DNA of 64,000 bases from Rhynchobatus australiae (lineage: Eukaryota). The notes below the pieces were generated by a model. That model worked only from the letters and a program-made list of their open reading frames with translations, ran no database searches and had not been told where the DNA came from. Both the position numbers and the translations under genes were made by a program. Shown here one piece after another: positions 24,791 to 38,500 of this stretch; position 1 is the stretch's first letter; every line of letters starts with the position of its first letter. Where the stretch lies: the NCBI GenBank assembly GCA_034780895.1, contig JAUZTB010000081.1, positions 11,132,050 to 11,196,049 on the forward strand, written 5' to 3'.

Positions 24791-26049
24791 CACGTTCAAT
24801 TGATTCCAAATTAAAGCCACACTGGATGATTCCCGCGTTGGTCTCCATGAATGTTCAATACTGTAAAGGACTGAATAAGTATATGGCAACACGTCAGCAA
24901 GTTTACACTTTTGACAAAATGTTACTGATGAATTTTACTGTGTATTTAAAGCAGTTCTCATTGAACGGATTCGGATTTACTCTCAAAACCCATCGTCTGC
25001 ACATTTAAGATAAGAAAGCAGAATGTATTTGTTCCGTTTTGGATAACTGGCGAAAGTCAGAGAACGTTATCCTTGGACAATAAGGTCTAAAGTATCTACA
25101 TGGAGGTGTCTGATTGTAAAGTGAGAATTAAAACGGCTGTATTGGAATGACCACGCGAACCTGCAGTCTGGGCCTTCAGTGAACAACAGGACTCTCAATA
25201 AAAGAAAGTATAGCCGGTTTAAATTCCATTCGGCTACTAACAATAAAGCGTTGTTCCATCTTTAATTAATCTTTGGTGGTAAGAAATTCTAGCCAACCTT
25301 CGACTTAGGATCGTTGTTGAGATTACTTGCACGTGACACTTTGCAGAGTTGCTTCAAAGCGAAATGTAATGACATATTGGAGGTGAGGGTGAAGGATGTA
25401 TGTTGATTTTTCAACGGCAAATTATAAATAGTCAACCATTAGTTGAGTGGATTGTCCGGGGAAGCTGTTGACCACGTCCATGATAAATAGGCTGAGGTAA
25501 TCAGACATAAGTAATCAAAACCATGAAGGTGTGGGCGGGAAACAAAAAAAAAGAGGAAAGTTAACATCATATGTTGGAAATCCGTTCAAAATTCCAAGGG
25601 AAACGGGCTGCAGAACCAACGGCGAGGAGAAAAACAATGCAATATTTTGTGTCAATCCAAACTGACCTAGTATGTTTAAAATTTCCGGACTGGTCGGAAC
25701 TGGCAGTCGAGATATCAGTTGGAAAATCTGCCCAAAATTTTAGTTGCAGTTCGTTCAACTGACATATTTGGTACTATGTTTTTATTTTCAGAATAGCTGT
25801 ATCCCGGATATACCTTGACTCTGAAGTCTGGAAAATGAAATTTATTCTCAAAAAGCGGCTCCCTCTCAGCCATGCTTGATGGAGACGCCTCAGGCATGTA
25901 ATTTCCTCCACATCCCACACGTCTGCTCTCACACGTCTCTCCATATATAGAGCACAGCACAATTACATTTATTGTCACCTTTCAACTATCTTCTTCTGCA
26001 CCAAACCTGTATTCCTCCCGACATTTCCTCCAGCTCCCGAATTGACCCG

Positions 26050-26500
26050 ACTGCCAGTCAGACTTTCCCCTTTCTACTCTCCCCCACGACATTTCTGTGC
26101 CTGATTCCCCGATCCGCCTATCCATCACCATCTACCGCTAACGACCACTGGAACTGTATCCCGCAACCGGACGATGCGTCATATCCGTCCGTCACCGTCT
26201 CACTACCAACATCCAGTTACATAAGCAGCTCTCCGAATGTGGAAAGGGTTCACCGTCACCACTTCTACTCTGGCCTACTACATTTGGTCACTATCTGGCT
26301 ACTCTCTATTACTGAAGCCAACTGTGACAGGACACAGATTTCCGGAGCATCTGCGAACAGACCAAAACGGCCATCAGGCAATACGGTTTCCAAGTCACTT
26401 TACGTGGAAAGATACTCGATTTCTCGCTCTTCAGGATGAAAAGCAAGGAGAGAAGGAGATTATGTTCCGTTTCCGCAGGCGTCAAAACTTAAAACACAGA
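26050..26500 (+). mobile_element. Penelope-like element relic (GIY-YIG endonuclease region)
   Basis: YYIWSLSG...GHRFPEHLRT...PSHFT...EKEIMFRF resembles the Penelope GIY-YIG pattern YCIRCSRCG..GDRFAEHLRS..ATHFN..EQHLIFRL, recalled from memory. Confidence 0.6.
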
Positions 26501-28526
26501 AAATGACAACCGTTTGGCAAAGAACCCAAACGTCGCATGCAGAAAAGATTGTGTTTCGCTTGGATTAGATTTCTGGTGTAGCGATCGCGAAGTTTTGAAA
26601 TATGTTGGATAATGTTCTGGAAATAAATCATTTTCATAGATATATTGAGAACTGGGGGGTGGGATCAGCTGCATTAGTCATAGACGGAACCGGTAGATAC
26701 TCAATGCATCTGGTATTATTCTGTGATCCTGTGAATGTATCACCATTCTGAATAGCGTTTACATGGAAAATGACGATAACCATTAAAATACTATCAATTT
26801 AATCTCTCAGCATTTGGAAAATGCACCATCTCCTCGACAGTGCTTACCATCTGTAAAATAATGATTAACCTAGCCTGAGATATATTCATATTACAAGAGT
26901 GGGAACATTTTCAGTATTGAAAATCCAAGAAGTATTCAACTTCTCAGAAAGAGAAATCAATATATATTCCTTTTATTGTCTTTGATATCCTCGCAGAAAT
27001 AAAGAAGAACATTCTATTCCGAAGCATTAAAAAACAATTCTGCCTTGCTGACGGCGGTTTCCTGTTACGAACCAGAAACAAAAGAAACACACCGAGAGAC
27101 ATGTATAAATGTGACAAACTACTTTAGTAATAACTAATGATAATAAGTAAAATAAAAGTAAAAATGTTAGAATGTTAGAAGTAAAAATGTTAAACCCCGA
27201 ACATTAACTCCCANNNNNNNNNNNNNNNNNNNNNNNNNNNNNNNNNNNNNNNNNNNNNNNNNNNNNNNNNNNNNNNNNNNNNNNNNNNNNNNNNNNNNNN
27301 NNNNNNNNNNNNNTACCCTAGCCTGAGATGTATTCGTATTACAAGAGTGGGAACATAAATGTAAAATTTGCACCGATTCTCGCCGGTAGACTGAGGTGGA
27401 TGTGGTATCCGGCGATTTTATATCTCACCACGGCATCTACCTTACGACTGTTGCAGATCTATTGTGGATCGAGCGGTGTCTCCTAATATTACTTGAGACG
27501 ATCAGACCATAAGAAAAATCTACGTATCCTGGAAATTTCAATATCCTAAAATATTTTAAAAGAGCAGCACCGCTCTGGTCCTTGCACTTTTCACGTAAGC
27601 TCCAATGCATCAAAAGGAAGTATTGCCCTTTCTACAATTCACAACCTCATCACGTGTATTGTAGTGACGACGGCAGATTCGCAAGTGCAAATTAGCTTTA
27701 ACAGATTTGTCAGAAGTCGTCACAGGTTGCTGCCAATTGTGCAGTAAAATCACCTGACAAAAAATTCACAATCTTCAGGAACAATACAAGACAGCAAATC
27801 GTAAGAGATGTGTTATTGGGAATAGTGGAAGGATACTTTTTCTATAAAGCAATATACCAAATGACAAACAGTTCCCTGAGCCCCCAGAATACACGTCATA
27901 AGCTTGGTCCAGATGCAAGGTCTGGATAACTAAAGTCCAAATAGATTCGTTTTATTTTTATTGCGGGCTATATTATTAGGGAATAGATAAACAGGAATCC
28001 CGAGAAACGGAGGAAACGTGGGAGCAGCCTCCAAAAATGCAATTGCTGTTATAAACTAGAAAATGTAGCGGGGTAATCTCAGAGATGGTTTGGAACAGGG
28101 ACTGTACCTACGTTGCCAAACAAGACGCAGCTCGGACTTTTGATGGTTCCGATGGCAATACCTTTGATTTCTCATCTGTGTTGACTGCGATGAACCTCCT
28201 ATCCTGAGACGCTGCTACACCGTTTGTGTGTTCAATGCATTTAGTCAAGAATGTTTGAATTGGCCATGACCTTAATGTACTGTTGTTGCTTCTGTGAATG
28301 ATCAGGCTTCTTCGCTTGTTAATTTTCTCCAGTTTGTCCTCTGGCTCAACTGATACTTACTGGGTAGAAATGGCTTCAATGAGAATACCTTGAAGGAAAA
28401 ACACATATTATAGGCTACTGACTCATTCTTAATTTATTGTGGAATGTGGATGATGATTATTTGTTGCAATCTACGACCACAAAGTTCAGATTCTGTAAAT
28501 AAAACTCGTCTTGATCATGGAAATCG

Positions 28527-28729
28527 AGTGATTGAATAATTATAGATATTGTGCAATACTCATACTATTCTCGCGGTTTCGGAGAGATATAAATCAGACA
28601 TCAATACGCGGTTTGTGTTTTTGTTGAATTATTCAGGAAATACTGCTTTTTGTCCCATAATGTGAGAGCTTTTAACTCCGCTAATAAAATGCGTTTTCTA
28701 TTCTATTTATATAGAAATTGCCATTCCTA
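28527..28729 (+). pseudogene. Degenerate promoter and exon 1 (28660-28729) of GPCR pseudogene 3
   Basis: gtgattgaataatt (as before gene 1), GATATAAA at 28586 and ATG 74 nt later. Exactly 23 codons + 1 nt align to the intact exon 1 (M*ELLTPLIKCVFYSIYIEIAIP), with GGA>TGA at codon 2 and the donor destroyed (a|ctatgc). Confidence 0.7.
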
Positions 28730-29041
28730 CTATGCCTCCCATGGAGTGATATACTTTCTTTTGTACTTGATTACAAGTAGGAATAAGAAATGATTTCAGG
28801 TCTCTGCAAAATGGTTGATGCAACAATGGAATGGAAACAAAAAATATAAAACACTGCAATCGATTCGGGATTGGTGCCAGTGTCTTCGTTTCAGCATTGA
28901 AAATCCAACAAGTATTCAACTTCTCAGAAAGAGAAAGCAATATATATATTCCTTTTATTGTCTTTGATATCCTCGCAGAAATAAAGAACTTTCTGTTCCG
29001 AAGCATATAATAACACTTCTGCCTTGCTGACGGCGATTTCC

Positions 29042-29843
29042 TGTTACGTACCAGCAACAAAAGAAACACACCGAGAGACATGTATAAATGTTAAAAACTA
29101 CTTTACTAATAACTACTTATATGTAAAATAAAAGTAAAAATGTTAGAGTGTTAGAAATAAAAATGTTAAACCCCGAACATCAACTCCCAAAAACTAACTA
29201 AGCTTGTGGTGTGTGTGTGGCAAATTCCCAAACTCCACGTTCAGTAATGGTTCTTAAAATTCAGTTCAGCAAGCCATAATGTAAAACATGAGTAAAGACT
29301 TCTTCAATAACCACCGTTGTCNNNNNNNNNNNNNNNNNNNNNNNNNNNNNNNNNNNNNNNNNNNNNNNNNNNNNNNNNNNNNNNNNNNNNNNNNNNNNNN
29401 NNNNNNNNNNNNNNNNNNNNNTACCTGTTTCCTTCTACAGGTCAACAACCAAGTGAACTCCACTTCTTCATTTCGATGTGTCTGCCACACCCTAGAGCAT
29501 CCATGCCATGGTCGTCCACACCAACTACTTGTTTTCCTCCACAGGTTACCGACAAAGTGAACTCCACCAGATTACTCTCAACAATCCATACGTGGATTGC
29601 AATGACAGTCACAGTTATTGTTTCTCATCCATTGATAGAGATAACAAGCAAGCTGGTGTCTCTCTCTCTCTCTCGTTCTTCTGTCTCTCTCTCTCCTTCA
29701 GAGTGACTCCGACCGGTTGTTTCAACAACAACAACGTCATGAAGTTCTTCAGCTTCTGTTGACGTAAACACACCCCCTCCCCCCTCCCCACACACACATA
29801 CGGTTTTAAAGGAACTTCACTAATTGTAACCTAGTCCGTAACA
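29042..29843. mobile_element. LTR-like element bounded by TGTTACG...CGTAACA (spans a gap); partial duplicate at 27063-27213
   Basis: 7-bp inverted termini with TG..CA ends; flanks ttcc/ttac form an imperfect 4-bp TSD. 26905-27213 duplicates 28890-29190. Confidence 0.5.
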
Positions 29844-30859
29844 TTACGCACTTCCAGCGACTGGACTACACGCAGTCACGAAAAGAGCAATGAGGTGCCT
29901 ACACTTCCTCATTGCCCTGTTTATTTAATTTTATAACTTTTGCTACTTTTTCCTTGCACTGATGCCGCAAAACAACACTTTTCACTACATATTGCTGTGC
30001 AAACAAACCTGCTTCTGATTCTTAAAACGTTGTTGCAGCTTCTATCACGAATAACTTTAGTGTTAATCCTGCAGTCCCCGAAGACATTTGATTGGGGTCA
30101 ATTTAACCAGATGTAAGAGAGGAATGGGTGGAGACAAAGTGTTTTCCTTGATAGAGGAATCAAGGATTCTGCAATATGGAAGACACCGTTCAACAAAAAT
30201 ATCATCATCAGCATGGGGAATGCCAATATTTTCTCAATCGTGTGTCAAACCTATCCTGTTGTAATTTCTCGAGTCAGATCCTGAAGTAGATTTATGTGTC
30301 GTGTACGGAACAGCGTCTTCATACGTAACTAGAAGGACATCAAACTTTTAGATATGGGCAGAATGTGGACGGGGATTAGTTGGTCGGTCACTTTATTTTT
30401 AAATTATTTTATTCTTAGTGTGAAATGGAAAAAAAATGCTATTCGATCCATGATATCCCGGCCACCTTCCAGGGCAGCGATCTTATCTGTCCGATGGGAA
30501 TTATCCCCTTTCTTGCACAACTGTCGTTTAACCTCTTAATGGACATCAATGCACTTTTCAATGCAGAACAGAAACAAACATGAGGCTGGAAGAAATCAAC
30601 GGTATAACAGCTTCTGTGGTGTACAACGAAATTTCCGGTCGACAATGTTTATCAAGTCTGACAGACACTGAAATGATTGCCGTTTGTATCAGAAAGAAGA
30701 GAATCGTGTGTCATTAAGATTGGAAACTGATATGGTAAACACATGGGGGAAGTGTGATGGGTGGATGGAAACAATTTGGGGAGGAAATGGGATGGTATGC
30801 AAAGAGATAACGAAACAAGTTGGACATTGAGTATTCTTGGACAGAAAATACTGCATTAT

Positions 30860-31150
30860 TGGTTGCGTGAAATTGATTTCATGGATTCTGATCCACAGGT
30901 TCGATTTCTAAATTGGAGCAAATTGAATTTTGATGGTAGGAGACAGGAGAATGAGAGTTTGATTGGAGTAGATTGTTTGAGGGAAATGGCAACACAAGAA
31001 AGTAAGAGGCTTTTACCGTGAGACGGTGAGAAGTCAAAGTCTGCATGTCCCTGTGAGAGTGAATGGCAATCCTTGTAGGAGTAGGGAACCCTGGATGACA
31101 AGGGATATTGACGCTCTGGCAAGGGCAAAAGGAGACATGGCTCATGTAAA
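30860..31150 (+). mobile_element. CR1-like ORF2 fragment
   Basis: PQVRFLNWSKLNFDGRRQE resembles the CR1 linker region after the endonuclease domain. Confidence 0.45.
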
Positions 31151-31157
31151 ATCATCT

Positions 31158-32200
31158 AAACATAGAGTATAGAACAATAGATCACAGTACAAGCATTTCG
31201 GCCCACGATGTTGTGCCAGTATTTTATCCTGCTCAGAGATCTATCATACCTTTTTCCTCCAACATATACTGACATGTCTCTATCATACATATGGCAATCT
31301 AAGATCGTTTAAATGTCCCTAATATATCTGCCTCCGCAATCTCTGCCAGCAGTGCGTTCCACTCACCCATCACTCAATCTGTTCAAAAAATCTTACGTCT
31401 GACATACCCCCAAGCCTTCCTTCAATCACATTAAAATCATTCCACTTCGTGCTACCTATGTTTACCCCAGGAAAAACATCTCGATCTCTGTCTCTTATCA
31501 TCTTTTACACCTCCATGAAATCACATCTCATCCTCTATCTGTCCAAAGAGAAAATCCCTAGCTCAATCAACCAATCCTCACAATACAGGCTCTCCAATCC
31601 AGGCAGCATCCTGGATAATCTTCTCTGCACCCTCTCTAAAGCTTCCACATTTCTTCCTATAATGAAGAGACCAGAACTTAACACAATACTCCAGGTGTGG
31701 TCCAAGCAGAGTGTATGGAACTGCAGCATTACCTCGCAGCTCTTGAACTTAATGCACCAACTAATGAAGCCAACATTCCATACGCCTTCTTAATAGCCCT
31801 GTCGACCTGAGTGGCAACCTTGAGAAATCTATGAACGTGGGCACCAAGATCTTTCTGTTCCTCCACGCTGCCTTTAATCGTGTGTTCTGCCTGCAAATTC
31901 GATCTTCAAAAGTGTATCCATTCACAGTTTTCCGGTTTGAACTCTATCTGCCACTTCTCAGCCCAGCTGTGCATCCAATCAATGCCCTGTTGTAACCCAT
32001 AGCAAATTTCTACACCTTACACAACACCACCAACCTTCGTGTCATCATCATACTTACTGCCCCATCATTCCACATCCTCATTCAAGTCATTTATAAAAAA
32101 AAAACAAAAAGCAGGGGTCGATAAACAGAACACAGTGCAACAACACTTGTCACACACCGGCAGGCAGAAGTCGCTCCATCGAGAACCACCCTGTGTTTCC
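31158..32200 (-). mobile_element. CR1-like LINE 3' portion
   Basis: Minus peptide VEALERVQRRLSRMLPGLESLYCEDWLIELGIFSL; 3' tail catagagtatagaac. Confidence 0.85.
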
Positions 32201-33659
32201 TACGCTAAAATAGATGGCATGACAGAAAGCTATAATCATGGAGCAGGAGCGGGGAACTGGTTCCATCTCTGAAGGCTTGTACATTATTCAATGACCACCC
32301 GCTTTGATGGGTGGCCGCATGATGCGGCCTGTTCAGCTCACTGAAAGTCGACAAAAACAGGGAAAACAACCAATCGACAAACTTGGGGAACGAGAGGCGG
32401 AATACCTCAGACTGATTCATTCTCCTTGCCCTAATCGTGATGGGTGAATGATGGTGCTCGAGGAGATCGATATTTTCGCAGTGTCTGGCATTCAAGTCAT
32501 TTCTGATTTCTGCACGAGTGTGCTGAAGATGGACTGCTGAGTTGAGTGGGTGGCAGATGCACGCTCACTTTGCAGACGACTCTTCTGTTTCAATGAAAAA
32601 CAAGATGCTGGTAGAACTCAGCAGGTCAAGCAGCATTTGTGAAACCTAAAGTTGCACGATGACGTTTCGCTTGAGACTTTGCACCAGGACACTTCTGAAA
32701 TTACCTACGAATGCAGGGATGGACTACTTCTATACTAAATAGTGAGTAGGATGCAATCCCAATTCTCAAACCCCGCCAGGAAATGCAGCGAAATGCTTTA
32801 CCACTGTCTGTTAAAATTTGGACTGAGTAATTTTGAATATTTTGTGTTTTCATTTCATTATCAAATTTATACCTGAAGCAACATTACTTGATGAATTTAA
32901 TTTATGTTTAACCTATGTGGTTATTACTTCAAAAGCTGGAAGTAGTGGGAGTGACGTCATATGCTGTAAAACTTTCCATCGGTCTGGCCATAAAGCAGAA
33001 TCCAGTCCCGACTTCTGATGAAGACCGCAGAGTTATAATTAGTTGCAAGTTAACTGGCCTTGCCCACTATAGCGAAAAAAAACCAGACAATACAATCGGG
33101 GTGAATCCGTGAGCAGCCATTCTACGTTGTCGGCTCTGTTTAGAGTAATCTGGACCATTACACGGTAATTTGATAAAGAGAAGTACTGAGCTAACATTTT
33201 GGAGTCTCTCCTTATCATACACAAAACATATTAGCACATTGGGTACAATATGGTACACACAATGAAGATACGAATCTGGAGGGACGCAAACATAATTTAA
33301 ATTGGCATATCTTCGCACAGAATTGCAGCTGGTATGTGGATTAATTCACATAATCAGGGAAACATCTAAAGCAGCGGGAAAACGCACGGTGTATTTTTAG
33401 GAGGATTTGTAAATCGTCCATCCTTGTTGTAACTACCCAGTCACGTGTTTCTCATGCAGTGAACTGAAATTATACTGAGACTGTACAAATTCAGCAGTTA
33501 GTTGCAAATGCCGATGTGTGACTTCAGGACAACAGCTGCATTTAAATAAAGGGAAAGGCACCTTAATGTAACAATAACGACAATTTTCGTGCAAAGAATT
33601 GTTGAACTCTCGTTTTCCGAGAGTAGCAAGTGTATAATATTTTCTCTTCTCTGTCACAG

Positions 33660-34558
33660 CTAACATATTGGCAATTGTCATTCTCTGCCGTGGAAACTCT
33701 GGTCTTTCCAAATGCATCATCCGTTGTCTGGTGGCCTTGACAGCAGGTAGTTTCGTGGTACTGATCGTTCACTTGGTACCATACGAAATCAAGAACGCTT
33801 ATTACTCCAATTCATTTCTAAATTGTACTCTCATTCGCAGTTTCAATCTGACACTTCTGTTTGTTTCCCTTGATTGTCCCGTCTTTTTAACCGTTGCATT
33901 TGCCTTTGATCAATTTATTTCAATTGCTGTTTCCGAATTAAATGCTGCACTGAGAAAACGGCACCTATTGAGATAACTGTGATATGTTCCTTCTGTATGT
34001 TAGAAAATGTGTTCACTTACTTTATATATGAATTCCGAGAAATAATTGACAATATGCCATGCTGCTGTTCTGTAAAAGCAATCTGTTTCACCTCACCAGA
34101 ATGGATTTCATTTCTGTATGTTTATCTTGTTTTCACCCCATTTCCGCCACTTATTGTGATCCTACTACTTAATTCCATAACAATAAGACACATCTCAGTG
34201 GCCAACGAAGTAACACGGACTTCGATAGCAGAAAAATATCGGAAAGGCTAATGATCCCGAGGTAGAGAATCGAAGGAACTCTCTCATTTTATTACTCGCA
34301 ATAACCGGCAGTTTTCTCCTGCTGTGTATGGATATTTAGGTCCGTTTCCAAACATTGACATACACAGATAATCATTCATTATCTGCAAATGTTAACGATT
34401 TCTTTACTATTGCTGAAAAATATGGTTATATCCTGAAGAGTTTAAGTGCTAATACAATTACATTAATTTTTAGTGCGGTGCCCCAGGGCAAGTTCTTGGA
34501 AGAAATGAAAAATATGGTTAGATGTCCCCTAAAGCTCATCGTTAGTTCACTGAAGTAA
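33660..34558 (+). pseudogene. GPR139-like pseudogene 3, exon 2
   Basis: Acceptor ctgtcacag|CT AAC. Homology is split across three ORFs (33668, 33979, 34355), with frameshifting deletions near 33930 and 34210, DRF>DQF, C>S in CGLS, a TAG near 34338 and a degraded TM7. Confidence 0.9.
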
Positions 34559-35419
34559 ATCCAGTGGCTTCACAGAACGAAAGGTGAAAAAAAAATCTAT
34601 CAATCAGACATATTTGTTCAATTGCATGCTGATCACTAAAAGTCCTGTACGATTTATGGAGGATCCTGAATTATTCATCATATCCATAACATCAAAAGAT
34701 TAGGATATTGTTACTTCAAAAATACTTAAAGGCACAGATCTCCTCAGTTCTGTTCAAGACACTGACGGTTCGTTTTCTGAGAACGGAATAAACTCAGTGA
34801 AACAAATTCATCTGAATTGCGGAAGTACTGTTGAAGTATTTGAAGTATTCTTTCTTCGTGAAAGCATATTTCCAGTCTAGAGTATTTACTTTCAATTTTT
34901 TTTCCCACACATATGTCTTTGTAAATCCAAATTAATCAGGTGTCGCTGTGCCACGCAATTGAACATAATTCAAGAACACGTTAACACGAGAAAATAAAAT
35001 CTAATGAAATTTATTGTACATTTGGGGCAGATCTTCCTGAATCAAATAGAATTCACTCCATTTCCATCTATATATCAGCACTTCCTTGAATCGAAGGCTG
35101 ACTTGAATCCGACACACATCACTCATAAAATTTCAGCGATAATGTCCGAACGATGACGAGGCACATTCAAATAATTGTGACAATAGTTAAGAACGTGAAA
35201 GGAGGAATATCGTCTGCTAAACTGTCACCTAATAGGCATTAACATCGATACCCCGACAATGCCGAACAGTTACACCCTAAAACCTTTACAGAAAATGATG
35301 AAAAGTATATGTTGTCGAGCAGCAGTTCAAATATATTATTAATCGTTGAGGAATAGTTGAAAATATTTGATAGGATTCTATCCTGCAGGATTCGTTGTGG
35401 ACAGTGACGAAGTATCCCT

Positions 35420-37245
35420 TGGCAAGAGAAATAAGGAAGTTCACCTGTTGTTCAGGAAGCATGGATCACCGAGGGCTCTGGAGAGTTACAAGGGAGCCAG
35501 TAAGGATATAAAGAATGGACTTAATAGAGCTGGAAGGAGGCATGAGAATGCATTGGCACACAGGATTAAGTAAAACCTCAAGGCGTTCTGCACGTTTGTG
35601 TAGAAGAGTGAAGGGAATGAAGGGAGTGAAGGACAAGTTTGAAGGGAGGACCGATCAAGGACAAAAGTGGAAACGTGTCTGGAGTCGGAAGATGTAGCGG
35701 AGGTCATAAATATATATATTACTTCAGTATTAACTAGTGAGAGGAATCTTGAGGTTTGTGGGAATGACGGACAAATAGGCTGAAACGCTAGGCCATGTTG
35801 ACGTGACGAAGGAGGGTGTACTGGAACTTTTGAAAAACCTTTGGATAGATAAGTCTCCGGGGCCAGATGGGATATATCCATTGTTATCACTGGAAGTGAG
35901 GGAAGAGAATCCTGCGCCTTTGGCGACGATATTTGCGTCCTCACTGGCCACAGGAGCAGTGCCAAATGTTTGGTTGGTGGCAAATGTTGTTCTTTTTTTC
36001 AAGGAAGGGAGTCGGGATAACCCTGTGAATTACAGACCAGTGAGTCTGACTTCAGTGGTGGGCCAATTCCTAAAGATTCTTATAGACAGGATTTATTGGC
36101 ATTTGGAGAAGCATAGGCTACTGATGGACAGTCTCCATGGTTTTGTGAGGGGCAGGTCTTGCCTCACGAGACTTATTGATAATGCACATTGATGAAGGTA
36201 GGGCAGCTTATGTGCTGTACTATATATTTGGTGTTTGATAATGTAATATTCCTCATGGAACGTTCATTCAAATGTCAGAAGTCATGGGATCCATGGAAAC
36301 ATGGCTGTGTGGATTCAGAATTTGCTCGAACATAGAACACAGAGCTTATTCGGTTGTTGATGACACGAAGGAGGGTGGTGTTGGCGATTGAGTAGAAGGT
36401 TTCTGTAGATTACAACAGGACAGTGATTAGATGAAGAGCTGGGCTGAGAAGGGTCACATGAAGTTCAATCCGGACAAGTATGAAAGTCTACACTTTCGAA
36501 AATCAAATTTGAAGGCAGAATGCAAGGTTGAAGGCAGGACTCTCGGCAATGTGGAAGAACAGTGGGATCTTGGCGTACACGTCCATAGATCCTTCATGGT
36601 TGACGTTCAGGATGATAGGGTGGTGACGAAGGCATATAGTGTGTTGACCTTCATTGGTCGGGGTATTGAGTTCAGGAGCTGCGAGAGAATGTTGCACCTC
36701 TGTAGAGCTATGATTAGACCACACTTTGTGTATTGTGTCCAGTTCCTGTCGCCTCATTATAGGAAGGATGTGGAAACTTCAGATAGGACGCAGAAGAGAT
36801 TTACCAGGATGCTACCTGGATTGGAGAGCGCGTCTTATGACGACAGGTTGAGTAAGATAGGGCTTTTCTCTTTAGAGAAAGGAGGATCAGAGGTGACTTG
36901 ATGAAGGAAAAGAAAATGACAAGAGGCATTGATCAAGCGGACAGTTAAAGACGTTTTCACAGAGCAAAAGTAGCTGATATGAAGGTGCATAATTTTAAGG
37001 TGATTGGATGTCGGTATAAGGGGAATATCAGGGGTCTCTTACACAGACCGCTGTGTGCATGGAACGCACTGCCGGCAGATACATTAGGGACATTGAAGAG
37101 ATTGTTAGTTAGCGACTTGCATGACAGAGAAATGGAGGCTATGTGGCACGGAAGGGTTTGATGGATCTCAGAGCAGGATACAATTTTAGCAGAACATGAT
37201 GGGTCGAAGGGCATTTACTGTGCTGATATGTTCTATGTTCTGTGT
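35420..37245 (+). mobile_element. CR1-like LINE ORF2 remnant with internal deletions and 3' tail
   Basis: DKSPGPDGIYP, NYRPVSLTSVVG, HGFVRGRSCLT, MKFNPDK, DLGVHVH, RPHFVYCVQFLSPHY, QKRFTRMLPGLE; ends atgttctatgttctgtg. Confidence 0.9.
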
Positions 37246-37448
37246 TTTAAGTTCATTGCATAGCATTGAAGACTAAAAGAGGCATACAGGCAGAAGAAAA
37301 AAAACACATGTTACCAAACAAGACCATCCCGCTGCTGGTCTAACTGGAGGAAGATGTACTGCTAATTAGGTTTCCTTTTTCTGCAGGCAATTGGGTGACA
37401 ATATCCAATCTGAACTCAGGAAATAATATTTTCCTTCTTCTTTTCCAG

Positions 37449-38353
37449 CTAATTCGGTGACAATCTATATACTGAGCTCAAGAAAGTGTGGTCTCTCAGG
37501 CTGCATCATGCAATATCTGAGTTGGATGGCAGTAGCTGATCTGATGTTCTTGATACTGGGCACAGTCAATTATCATATTAAAGAGGCGTACATTCCGCAT
37601 TCATTCCTCAATTACACTCCTGTGTGCAGTCTTCACATTGCCCTCATGTACGTCTCTATTGATTGCTCTGTCTGGTTCACCGTCGCATTTACCTTTGATC
37701 GATTTGTTGCAATTTGTCTCCAGACTTTTCGAAAGAAATATTGCACAAAAATAATTGCTTCAAAGGTCATAACAGTACTTCTTGTGTTGTGCATTTTAGA
37801 AAATATTCCAGTATATTTTGCATTCGAACCTTGGGAAATAGTTAATAAGATGCCATGGTCTTGTTACGTTAAAACAACTTTCTACACATCACCTTTTTGG
37901 GTTACGTTCTTGTGGTTAGAAACGATCTTTACCCCCTTTCTGCCATTTCTGTTGATCTTCTTGTTCAATTCTTTAACCATAAGGAATATTATAGTGACTA
38001 ACAGAATCAGGAACAAACTTCGAGGAGCGCACAGTGATAACAACCAGACGGATCAGGAGATACAGAACAGAAAGAAATCAATCATTTTATTGGTCTCAAT
38101 ATCCAGCAATTTTATTTTGCTATGGATGGTAACGTTTGCGTGCTTTATCTCTGTACAGTTTACAGATACACAGTTGCTGGAAACAAATTACAACGACTCT
38201 TTCACCATTGCAGAAAAAGTTGGCTATATGCTTAGGTTTTTGAGTACTTGTTCTAACACATTCATTTATGTGGTCTTGCAGCGCAACTTCAGAGAAGAAT
38301 TGAAGAAAATGTTTCAGTGCCCTTTTGCTCTCATTACCAAGTTATGGCAATAG
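37449..38353 (+). CDS. GPR139/GPR142-like GPCR gene 4, exon 2 (intact ORF; no cognate exon 1 found)
   Basis: Acceptor ttcttttccag|CT AAT TCG GTG. Uninterrupted frame with MAVADL, FTFDRFVAI, ENIP, PWSCYVK, PFLP and NTFIY. Most similar to gene 1. Confidence 0.8.
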
Positions 38354-38500
38354 GTTACGCAGTTTTACAACAGTAAACGGCTCATAAGCATGCAACGAAA
38401 TGCTATACAGTTCATTCACATATACATTCATAAATCCACAAGGAAAAAATATTGCATATATGTGTTTCTGCAACAATCTTGGGAACTATTATTTTAGTTT

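Noticed and set aside
27400-27715. Possible ancient receptor exon-2 relic (VADLLWI ... SFNRFV)
   Set aside because: The spacing (~250 nt) disagrees with ~165 nt in real copies, and there is no acceptor or other motif.
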